Assembly (NCBI GenBank): GCA_039803745.1
Contig: JBDRZD010000044.1
Location: 1 to 15,035 of the forward strand
From: a candidate division WOR-3 bacterium
Lineage (GTDB): Bacteria > Hydrothermota > Hydrothermia > Hydrothermales > Hydrothermaceae
DNA: 15,035 bases
Direction of reading: 5' to 3'
The notes under the pieces were generated by a model. The model saw only the letters and a program-made list of their open reading frames with translations. It was not told where the DNA came from and did no database searches. Below, in pieces: positions 1-7,896 of the stretch. The position numbers were made by a program, and so were the translations under genes. Each line of letters starts with the position of its first letter. The first letter of the stretch is position 1.

Positions 1-4
1 AAAC

Positions 5-1033
5 TCATTTTATCTCCCTTAAATATCTTGCTGCTTCTTCTGGAGAAACAGGATTAATATAAAAACCTGAACCCCATTCAAATCCTGCTATATATGTTAT
101 CCTTGGAATTATTTCAACATGCCAGTGATAATCATAGGGAAGTGTTTCCCAGTATCCCGGTCTTCCTAACCTTGGTCTTGGAATCGGTGCAGTATGAATT
201 ACAAAGTTATAAGGTGGATCATTTAATAAAATTTTAATTCTTTCAAGTGTATCTTTTAATACAAAGGCAAACTCATTTAATTCCTCTTCATCACATTCAG
301 CAAAATTATGATTATGCCTTAAAGGGAAAATCCAGGTTTCAAATGGAAATGAAGAGGCATAAGGAGCCCATACTAAGAATTTGTCATTTTTAAAAATTAT
401 TCTTTCTCCAAAAGAAATTTCTTGCTGAAGAAGGTCACAAAATATACACCTTTCTTTTTCACTGTAATGCTCTCTTGCTGCTTCAAGTTCAGCAACAACT
501 GCTAAAGGAATTATTGGAGTTGCAATTAACTGGGAATGGGAATGGTATAAAGAGGCACCTGCTTCTGCCCCATAATTTTTAAATATCAAAATATATCTAA
601 ACCTCATATCTTTTATTAAATCTAAATATCTTGCCTTATAGGAAATTAAAACCATTTTAATCTGGGTAATATCCATATCTTGAAGTTGTAAAAAATGGTC
701 AGGTGTTTCAATTATAACTTCATGGGCACCTATACCTGATACACTGTCAAAAATACCAACACCTTTCCTTATCAATTCACCTTCAATTCTTAAAGCAGGA
801 AACTTATTTGGAACAACCCTTACCTTCCATCCGGGTTTATCTTTTTCTGATTTTCCATCCCTTATTGAAAAGACCTCTCGGGGTGTTTTAGTTTCATTAC
901 CTTCGCAAAAAGGACAATCATCTTTTGGTGGTACCTCCCTCTTTTCTCTAAAAAAGTCCTTTGGCCTTATACCTCTTTCAGGAGAGATTATAGTCCATCT
1001 CCATCTAATTGGGTCGTATCTTAATTCAGGCAT
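5..1033 (-). CDS. galT: GalT-family (HIT superfamily) sugar-1-phosphate nucleotidyltransferase; annotated as galactose-1-phosphate uridylyltransferase but possibly ADP-glucose phosphorylase-like
   Basis: 342-aa ORF with N-terminal ELRYDP..W.IISPERG.RP, Zn-site CPFC, RVVPNKFPAL, GAHEVIIETPDH, and active-site FKNYGAEAGASLYHSHSQ (H164-x-H166-x-Q168, nt 544-530). C-terminal YHWHVEIIPR and AGFEWGSG. Preceded by an AAGGAGG SD. Family is secure; substrate is not. Confidence 0.9.
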   Translation of the reverse strand: MPELRYDPIRWRWTIISPERGIRPKDFFREKREVPPKDDCPFCEGNETKTPREVFSIRDGKSEKDKPGWKVRVVPNKFPALRIEGELIRKGVGIFDSVSGIGAHEVIIETPDHFLQLQDMDITQIKMVLISYKARYLDLIKDMRFRYILIFKNYGAEAGASLYHSHSQLIATPIIPLAVVAELEAAREHYSEKERCIFCDLLQQEISFGERIIFKNDKFLVWAPYASSFPFETWIFPLRHNHNFAECDEEELNEFAFVLKDTLERIKILLNDPPYNFVIHTAPIPRPRLGRPGYWETLPYDYHWHVEIIPRITYIAGFEWGSGFYINPVSPEEAARYLREIK

Positions 1034-1037
1034 GTTT

Positions 1038-1044
1038 CCTCCTT
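1038..1044 (-). promoter_or_regulatory. Shine-Dalgarno sequence (AAGGAGG) of the galT-like gene
   Basis: Minus strand reads TAA-AAGGAGG-AAAC-ATG across the 11-nt gap between the GH57 stop (1045) and the galT start (1033). Confidence 0.85.
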
Positions 1045-3123
1045 TTATACAAAATCAACCCATTCCTCTTCCTCTTTTTCAAGTAAATAAAAACCAGCCT
1101 CAGGATATCTTTCAAAAAACTTGTTTTCTAAACATAAAAAAAGATAAATGTTTTTTCCGGCAAATTTAAGTTTTGCCTCGAGTAATTTAGAAATTTTAAT
1201 CTCTCCCCTGATTTCATCTTCAATTTTTTCCCTTTTTATAAGTTCCTTTGATGAAATACTCACAAATATTTCTCCTTTTTCACTTTCTATCCCCGCTATT
1301 ATTTTATAACCTTCATTTATTATTTCTTCAATATCTTTAATTCCATCAACCCTTATACATAAATTACCATCTTTATCCCATCCATAATAAAGATATTTTA
1401 AAAGTGATTTTTTATTTTTTGAAAGAGGAATTATTCCAGCATTCGCCCATTCATAAAAGTTTGTTATTTTACCATCAATAACAGGATAAACATAACCTGT
1501 TGGCTTTTTTAAATAAATCCTGTATGCCTTACCCTTTATACTCTTTTCAAGGAAAAGAGGATATTCAAGCCTCAAATTTCTGTATACATTCTTTAAATGC
1601 TCCCTAAATAAAATGTCAAATTCTGTAGCATAAAATGTTGGGTTATCATATCCAAGCCACCAGAAAAAATCACTCCCTTCTGAAAAAATCATCGAAAATA
1701 AAGACTTTTCATTCTCGTAAACTTTTTCTTTTAAATCTTCCCTTACCTTTTTCAAGATTTCCCATCCTTCATTTTTTTCTTCATCACCCATCCATGTTGT
1801 AAACTCACCTCTTATCCAGGAGCCGGGATGAATTTTTCTTAAACTTTTTTTATCCTCAAAAAGAACCCCTTCTTCAAAAAAAGAAAATTTTATAAAATCC
1901 TTTTTTGAAAGTGCCTCATAAAACTTTTTTAAAAATAAAATTCCACCCTTTTTATAATAAGGCCATGGATTTTCACCATCAAGGATAACAGAAACCCAAA
2001 AATCTTCTTCACCATCTTTCAATTTTCTTAAATAATTTAAAAAATCATTTATAGCGTCATCTTCATTATAATTTTTATAAACAAAGCCAATTCTATCAGA
2101 AATTTCCCTATCCCTGAAAAAAACAACTATTTCTCCATCACTTCCTTTGTATAAATAGGGTTTATAAAGTTCTCTCTTTACATAATCCTTTAATCTAAGT
2201 TCTTCTTTTATACTCTTTGAAAGAACATTTTCACATGAAAAAGTAAAAATTATTCCATTTTTTATAAATAAATTTAATGTATTCTCACATATTGCACCTT
2301 CAGGTGGCCATATACCTTTTATTTTAATATTAAATTCCTTTTCAATATAGGACAAACCCATCTTGATTTGTCTATCTGCATCCTCTTTATTTGAAAATTC
2401 AACCTTTTTATTTTTTAAGTGAGGAGTTGATTTTTCAAAAGAATTTGAATCTATTAAAAGAGGGAGTATAGGATGGGAAAAAGGGCTTGTTGTTATTTCA
2501 ACTTTTTTAAGAAAAATTAGATCTTTGTAAATTCTTTCAACCTCTTTGATTGTTTCAAGAGCAATTTTAAGAAGAATTTCTTTATCTTCTTCGCTGAAAT
2601 TCTTTTTCTTGTTTAAAAACTCCTTTAAAATTTTGTTCTCTTCCTTTAAAATTTCTGAAAATGAAGAAAATAAAAAATAAAAACAAATATCCCTTATCTC
2701 ATCATTTGAAAAATATTTTACTTTTTCCTCAAGTCCTAATACACTACCCCTTTTTGTGAGTAAATATCTATATCTTTCATAAGGAAAAATCTGATTCTCA
2801 TAATTTAATGAGAAAAAGTTCCTTAAAACAAATATTTTTTCCTCCTCATCCATATCTTCAGGTCTTTTTTTATAAATCTCTATCCATTTATCAAAAAATT
2901 CTCCTTTTATATATTTTTTAATCTGATACCAAAGAGTTGGAGTAATATTAAAGGTTACTTTAACATTTTCAGGTGAATCCAAAAGGATTCTTCCCATATC
3001 ATAATATTCTCTTACAGAATGTAAAAATACCCATGGAAAGAAGAAATACTCCCTTTCAGGTTCTATACATAAATAGGAAGGTTGATGAAAATGCCAAAGG
3101 ATTGAAAGATTTATTTTTTTCAT
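1045..3123 (-). CDS. Glycoside hydrolase family 57 protein (amylopullulanase/alpha-amylase-like subgroup) with a C-terminal extension
   Basis: 692 aa with GH57 conserved regions WHFHQP, EITTSPFSHPILPLL, GIWPPEGAI (nucleophile Glu), FFRDREISDRIGF, VILDGENPWPYY (acid/base Asp), GSWI..F.TW.G and EGSDFFWW. Confidence 0.92.
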   Translation of the reverse strand: MKKINLSILWHFHQPSYLCIEPEREYFFFPWVFLHSVREYYDMGRILLDSPENVKVTFNITPTLWYQIKKYIKGEFFDKWIEIYKKRPEDMDEEEKIFVLRNFFSLNYENQIFPYERYRYLLTKRGSVLGLEEKVKYFSNDEIRDICFYFLFSSFSEILKEENKILKEFLNKKKNFSEEDKEILLKIALETIKEVERIYKDLIFLKKVEITTSPFSHPILPLLIDSNSFEKSTPHLKNKKVEFSNKEDADRQIKMGLSYIEKEFNIKIKGIWPPEGAICENTLNLFIKNGIIFTFSCENVLSKSIKEELRLKDYVKRELYKPYLYKGSDGEIVVFFRDREISDRIGFVYKNYNEDDAINDFLNYLRKLKDGEEDFWVSVILDGENPWPYYKKGGILFLKKFYEALSKKDFIKFSFFEEGVLFEDKKSLRKIHPGSWIRGEFTTWMGDEEKNEGWEILKKVREDLKEKVYENEKSLFSMIFSEGSDFFWWLGYDNPTFYATEFDILFREHLKNVYRNLRLEYPLFLEKSIKGKAYRIYLKKPTGYVYPVIDGKITNFYEWANAGIIPLSKNKKSLLKYLYYGWDKDGNLCIRVDGIKDIEEIINEGYKIIAGIESEKGEIFVSISSKELIKREKIEDEIRGEIKISKLLEAKLKFAGKNIYLFLCLENKFFERYPEAGFYLLEKEEEEWVDFV

Positions 3124-3140
3124 TAAAATTTAATTATAAT
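3124..3140. repeat. Intergenic element copy 1 (TAAAATTTAATTATAAT)
   Basis: 17/17 identical to 8909-8925; the 16-bp core is also identical to 10315-10330. Confidence 0.9.
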
Positions 3141-3162
3141 AAAAAGACTTGAAAAAATTCAA
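3133..3162 (-). promoter_or_regulatory. Predicted sigma70-type promoter of the GH57-galT unit (near-leaderless)
   Basis: Minus strand: TTGAAT (3162-3157), 18-nt spacer, TATAAT (3138-3133), 9 nt, ATG (3123). No SD. Confidence 0.7.
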
Positions 3163-3178
3163 TTTTTTACCTTAAAAT
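3149..3178 (+). promoter_or_regulatory. Predicted sigma70-type promoter of glgA-glgC (leaderless)
   Basis: TTGAAA (3149-3154), 18-nt spacer, TAAAAT (3173-3178), 6 nt, GTG (3185). No SD. Confidence 0.65.
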
Positions 3179-3184
3179 AAAATT

Positions 3185-4618
3185 GTGAAAGTAGCCTTTG
3201 TTTCAGCAGAAGTTTATCCCTTTTCAAAGGTTGGTGGACTTGCTGATGTTGCAGGCTCACTTCCTTTTTTACTCAAAGAAAAAGGAATTGAAGTAATAAT
3301 TTTGACTCCCTTTTATTCAAAATTTTTAAATATTGAGAATTTTAAAATTGAAGATAAAATAAATTATAAAATATTCTGGAACGGAAAGGACTTTGAAATA
3401 ACATGGTATAAAATAATATTTAAGGAAACACATGTTTTTTTATTAAAAGAGGAGGAATTTTTTGGAAGGGAATATGTTTATGTTCCTCCAAAAATAGAAA
3501 AAGATGACCAATATAAAAGGTTTGCTTTCTTTTCTTATTCTGCTATCTATTTTTTGAAAAAATTAAATTTTAGCCCTGATATAATTCATATAAATGACTG
3601 GCACACATCTTTTATTCCAGTTTATTTAAAGAATAATTTTAAAAATGATAATTTTTTTAAAAAAACAAAAATTTTACTTACCATTCATAATCTTTCATAT
3701 CAGGGAGTTTATGAAAAAGATGTTTTAAATGAAATAAATTTAAATGAAGATGTGGAAGAAAAAATAGAGTTTTATGGGAAATTAAACTTTTTAAAGGGAG
3801 GCATAATTTATTCAGATTTTATAAGCACTGTGAGTCCATCTTATGCGAAAGAAATATTAACAAAGGAATATGGATGTGGTCTTGAAGGTGTTTTAAAAGA
3901 AAAAAAGAATAAAGTTTATGGAATATTAAACGGAATTGATTATAATGAATGGGATCCAGAAAAAGATAAGGATATTTATAAAAATTATAATAAAGATAAT
4001 TTAATTGATGGGAAAAGGGAAAATAAAAGATTTCTTGAGAAAGAATTCTTTGGTAGTGAAAGTAATTCAATTTTAATAGGTATGGTATCAAGATTAACAT
4101 ATCAAAAGGGATTTGACCTTTTAATAGAGAGTTTTGATGAATTTTTTAAAAGGGATTTAAGATTTATTTTGCTTGCACAGGGTGAAGAGAAATATGAAAA
4201 AATTATAAAAGGTTATGAAAAAAAATATAAGGATAAGTTTAAATTCATACCAGAATTTAACATAAAACTTTCAAGGAAAATATATGCGGGCTCTGATTTA
4301 TTTTTGATTCCTTCCCGTTTTGAACCATGTGGACTAACCCAGATGATAGCAGCAAGATATGGAACCCCATCCCTTGCCTTTGAAACGGGCGGAATCAAAG
4401 ATACAATTGTTGATTTTGATAAAGGCGGTTATGGATTTTTATTTGATGAATATAAAGGGGAAAAATTTATAAAAAAGCTTGAGAGGGCAATTGAGATTTA
4501 TAAAGATAAAAATAAATGGGAGGAAATTTCAAAAAAATGTATGGAAATAGATTTTTCATGGAATAAAAGAGCAGACGAATATATAAAACTTTATAAAAAA
4601 ATTTATGAAGAACTTTAG
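3185..4618 (+). CDS. glgA: Glycogen synthase (GT5, ADP-glucose type)
   Basis: 477 aa, GTG start. Motifs SAEVYPFSKVGGLADV (KxGGL), PDIIHINDWHT, TIHNLSYQG, STVSPSYAKEI, GILNGID, SRLTYQKG, PSRFEPCGLTQM, TGGIKDT, DFSW. Confidence 0.96.
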   Translation: MKVAFVSAEVYPFSKVGGLADVAGSLPFLLKEKGIEVIILTPFYSKFLNIENFKIEDKINYKIFWNGKDFEITWYKIIFKETHVFLLKEEEFFGREYVYVPPKIEKDDQYKRFAFFSYSAIYFLKKLNFSPDIIHINDWHTSFIPVYLKNNFKNDNFFKKTKILLTIHNLSYQGVYEKDVLNEINLNEDVEEKIEFYGKLNFLKGGIIYSDFISTVSPSYAKEILTKEYGCGLEGVLKEKKNKVYGILNGIDYNEWDPEKDKDIYKNYNKDNLIDGKRENKRFLEKEFFGSESNSILIGMVSRLTYQKGFDLLIESFDEFFKRDLRFILLAQGEEKYEKIIKGYEKKYKDKFKFIPEFNIKLSRKIYAGSDLFLIPSRFEPCGLTQMIAARYGTPSLAFETGGIKDTIVDFDKGGYGFLFDEYKGEKFIKKLERAIEIYKDKNKWEEISKKCMEIDFSWNKRADEYIKLYKKIYEEL

Positions 4619-5837
4619 AAATTTAAAAATACTCGCATTTGTTCTTGCTGGTGGAAGAGGAGAAAGATTATATCCATTAACAAAATATAGAACAAAGCCT
4701 GCTGTCCCTTTTGGTGGAAAATATAGAATTATAGATTTTGTATTATCAAATTTAACAAACTCTGAAATATTATCTATTTATATTTTAACCCAGTATAAGG
4801 CACAGAGTTTAACAGAACATATTGAACAGGGATGGCAACTTGGAAGTGCATTAAGGGGAAGGAATTTCTTTATAACAATTGCACCTGCTCAGATGTGGAC
4901 AGGTGAACACTGGTATCTTGGAACTGCTGATGCGGTGTACCAAAATCTCCATCTCTTATCAAATTTTGACCCTGATATTGTTTTAATATTTGCAGCAGAC
5001 CATGTTTATAAAATGGATATATCTCAAATGCTTTTATTTCATTTAGAAAATAATGCAGATTTAACAATTTCAGGAACACCTTTTGAAATTGAAAAAATAT
5101 CTCAATATGGAATTATATGCTCTGATGAAAAAGGGAGGGTCTGTGGTTTTTGGGAAAAACCAAAAAGTTTACCAGAGGAGGCAAAAGGTAAAAAATTGCT
5201 TGCCTCTATGGGAAATTATGTTTTCAAAAGGGAGTTCCTTGAAGAAGTCATCATTGAAGATTCAAAGGATAAAAATAGTACCCATGACTTTGGAAAAGAT
5301 ATATTGCCAAAAGTTTATAAATATTCAAAGGTATTTGTTTATGATTTTTCCACAAATAAAATAAAAGGTGAAATAGCCCCCTATTGGAGAGATGTTGGAA
5401 CAATAAGGGAATACTATGAGGCTCATAGGGATATATTAAAAGAGCCACCCCTTTTAAATCTGCATAACCCTGATTGGCCAATAAGAACTATAAGTTATAG
5501 GGATCCACCTGCGTATATAGCAAGAAATGTTTATATTGAAAATTCTTTAATAGCAGAAGGTGCAAAGATTTATAAAAATGCAAAAATAATCAACTCAATT
5601 ATAAGTAGAAACTGTGTAATTGAAGAAAATGCAATAATTGAGGATTCAATACTGCATTATGGTGTGATTGTAAAAAAGGGAGGAATTGTTAGAAAATGTA
5701 TAATTGATAAATTTGGGGTAATAGATGAAAATGACAATGTAAGAGAAAATATAAAGGAAAATTATTTTATAGATGGAGAAATAATAATAGTACCCTCACC
5801 TCCACCAAAATTAAGGATACATAAAAATCAGCCATAA
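4605..5837 (+). CDS. glgC: Glucose-1-phosphate adenylyltransferase (ADP-glucose pyrophosphorylase)
   Basis: 410 aa. Motifs LAGGRGERLYPLT..RTKPAVPFGGKYRIIDF, WYLGTADAVYQN, ADHVYKMD, FWEKP (Glc-1-P site), ASMGNYVF, DFGKD, YWRDVGT, followed by C-terminal beta-helix repeats. Overlaps the glgA end by 14 nt. Confidence 0.96.
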   Translation: MKNFRNLKILAFVLAGGRGERLYPLTKYRTKPAVPFGGKYRIIDFVLSNLTNSEILSIYILTQYKAQSLTEHIEQGWQLGSALRGRNFFITIAPAQMWTGEHWYLGTADAVYQNLHLLSNFDPDIVLIFAADHVYKMDISQMLLFHLENNADLTISGTPFEIEKISQYGIICSDEKGRVCGFWEKPKSLPEEAKGKKLLASMGNYVFKREFLEEVIIEDSKDKNSTHDFGKDILPKVYKYSKVFVYDFSTNKIKGEIAPYWRDVGTIREYYEAHRDILKEPPLLNLHNPDWPIRTISYRDPPAYIARNVYIENSLIAEGAKIYKNAKIINSIISRNCVIEENAIIEDSILHYGVIVKKGGIVRKCIIDKFGVIDENDNVRENIKENYFIDGEIIIVPSPPPKLRIHKNQP

Positions 5838-6529
5838 ATACTTCTTCCCCCATCTATGTAAAGAACAGTTCCCGTGATATAATTATTTTTATATATAAAA
5901 AAACAGGCTTCGGCAATATCTTCTGGATTTCCCATTTTTTTCAAGGGCACTTTCTTTAATGCCTTTTCTTTTTGAGGAGAATCTATAAGAATTACCCCGG
6001 GTGCAATCGCACATACTCTTATAGAAGGTGCAAGTTCCTTTGCTAAAATCTTTGTAAGGGCAATTAAGGATGCCTTTGAAAGACTGTAAATTAAATAATC
6101 TTTCCATAAAACCTTACCTGCAACATCAGCAATATTTATTATAACCCCTTCCTTCATTTTTTCTGAGAAATATTTTGAAATAAAAAGGGGGGCTTTTAAA
6201 TTAACACTCATTATTTCATCAAAATCCTTTTCAGTTAATTCTTTTAAATTTCCTTTATAAAAGAGAGCAGCATTATTTATAAGACAATCACATTTTTCAA
6301 ATTCTTTAAAAAACTGGTCTCTCCATTTTAAAATCGTGTTCAAATCTCTTAAATCACCTTTTAGAATAACACATTTTCTTCCAATACTTTCAACATCCTC
6401 CTTTGTTTTAAAAGCCTCCTTTTCTGATTTTAAATAAGTAAAACAGATATCAAATCCTTCCCTTGCAAATTTTAAAACTATTTCCCTTCCAATCCTTTTT
6501 GCTCCACCTGTTATGAAAAGAGTTTTCAT
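5828..6529 (-). CDS. Short-chain dehydrogenase/reductase, pteridine reductase (PTR1/FolM)-like
   Basis: 233 aa with TGGAKRIG (typical of PTR1/FolM-like SDRs), LINNAA, IINIAD, catalytic YSLSK, LAP.IRV.AIAPG and YITG.VL.IDGGR. Start overlaps the cysS stop (TAATG). Confidence 0.82.
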   Translation of the reverse strand: MKTLFITGGAKRIGREIVLKFAREGFDICFTYLKSEKEAFKTKEDVESIGRKCVILKGDLRDLNTILKWRDQFFKEFEKCDCLINNAALFYKGNLKELTEKDFDEIMSVNLKAPLFISKYFSEKMKEGVIINIADVAGKVLWKDYLIYSLSKASLIALTKILAKELAPSIRVCAIAPGVILIDSPQKEKALKKVPLKKMGNPEDIAEACFFIYKNNYITGTVLYIDGGRSIYG

Positions 6530-7896
6530 TAAATGAATCTATAAGAACTACCTTCTTTTTTATCTTCAACAATTATTCCAAGATTTTTTAAATCTTCTCT
6601 AATTTTATCAGAAAGGTCAAACCTTTTTTCTTCCCTTAACCTTTGTCTAACTTCAATTATTATGTTTAAAAGATCATCAACAATTTTTGACTCAAACTTT
6701 TTTTCAAATTGAGAAAAGCCAAGAATTTTTAAAATCAAAAGAATTAATGATTTTATTTCAAGAAATCTCTCATCCTTTTTTTCATAATAAATGTTTCCAA
6801 TTTTTACAAGTTCAAAAATTAAAGAAAAAACCTTTGGTGTATTAAGATCGTCATCCATATATTCCTCAAATTTTTTTAAATATTCCCTTGTCTCTGGATT
6901 TTTTATTTCAATTTCCTTAATTTCTCCTTTATTTATAAAATTCTCTATTCTTTCCCATCCTGCTTTTGCATCATCAAGAAGTTCTTTTGAATATTCTATC
7001 TTTGATTTATAATGAGCCCTTAAGAGGAAAAACTTTAAAACATTTGGAGAATATTCTTTTAATACATCTAAAACCCTGAAGAAAAGACCAGTTGATTTAC
7101 TCATCTTTTCTCCCTTTAAATTAACAGGTGCATTATGAAACCAGTATCTTACAAATTCTTTCCCTGTTGCTCCTTCACTCTGGGCAATTTCATTCTCATG
7201 ATGCGGGAAAATCAAATCCTCACCCCCTCCATGTATATCAAAGGTTTCACCAAGATATTTCATGCTCATTGCAGAACATTCAATATGCCATCCAGGTCTT
7301 CCTTTTCCAAAGGGTGAATAAAAATATGGCTCATTTTCTTTTTGAACTTTCCATAATGAAAAATCAAGGGGATCCCTTTTCGAAGGATCAGGTTCAACCC
7401 GTGCTCCTTCAATAAGTTCATCTATATTTTTACCTGAAAGTTTACCATAACTTTTAAATTTTGAAACATCATACCATACATTTCCACCAGATTCATAGGC
7501 AAATCCCTTTTCTTTTAAAATCAAAATTAAATTGATTATCTCTTCAATATGCTGTGTTGCCCTTGGATAAAAACTTGCAGGCTTTATATTCATTATTCTT
7601 TCAACCTCAAAATATTCCTTTTCATATCTCTGAGCAATCTCTCTCCAGTCAACTTTCTCTTCCCATGATTTTTTAATTATTTTATCATCTATATCCGTAA
7701 AGTTTAGAATATATCTTACTTCAAAACCCTTGTATTCAAGATACCTTCTTAAAACATCACCACATAAAAATGCCCTTAAATGTCCTACATGAGGAGAATC
7801 CTGAACAGTCATTCCACAAAAATAAATACCCACTTTGTTTTCCCTTAATGGGATAAATTCCTCCAATTTTTTTGTCAGAGTATTGTAAATTTTCAT
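6529..7896 (-). CDS. cysS: Cysteine--tRNA ligase
   Basis: 455 aa with [15 protein letters not shown] (HIGH variant plus Zn Cys), [52 protein letters not shown] and C-terminal [14 protein letters not shown]. Confidence 0.97.
   Translation of the reverse strand: MKIYNTLTKKLEEFIPLRENKVGIYFCGMTVQDSPHVGHLRAFLCGDVLRRYLEYKGFEVRYILNFTDIDDKIIKKSWEEKVDWREIAQRYEKEYFEVERIMNIKPASFYPRATQHIEEIINLILILKEKGFAYESGGNVWYDVSKFKSYGKLSGKNIDELIEGARVEPDPSKRDPLDFSLWKVQKENEPYFYSPFGKGRPGWHIECSAMSMKYLGETFDIHGGGEDLIFPHHENEIAQSEGATGKEFVRYWFHNAPVNLKGEKMSKSTGLFFRVLDVLKEYSPNVLKFFLLRAHYKSKIEYSKELLDDAKAGWERIENFINKGEIKEIEIKNPETREYLKKFEEYMDDDLNTPKVFSLIFELVKIGNIYYEKKDERFLEIKSLILLILKILGFSQFEKKFESKIVDDLLNIIIEVRQRLREEKRFDLSDKIREDLKNLGIIVEDKKEGSSYRFI

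Noticed and set aside
3125..3139. Repeat element as a PerR/Fur box (TTATAATnATTATAA)
   Set aside because: Only the right half-site (ATTATAA) matches, and that half is already explained by the -10 hexamer.
4592..4604. Internal leaderless promoter for glgC (TATAAA-7nt-ATG)
   Set aside because: It lacks the conserved final T of the -10 hexamer and a clear -35, and lies in Tyr-Lys-Lys codons of glgA. Translational coupling is a simpler explanation.
3819..5481. Short ORFs at 3819-4100, 4213-4398, 4870-5079, 5083-5364 and 5251-5481
   Set aside because: They lie entirely inside glgA or glgC in alternative or antisense frames, with no recognisable motifs; treated as shadow ORFs.
7770..7820. CysRS HVGH and CGMTVQD variants as a sign of an inactive or unusual enzyme
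   Set aside because: HVGH is a common HIGH variant, and the Zn ligands and KMSKS are intact.
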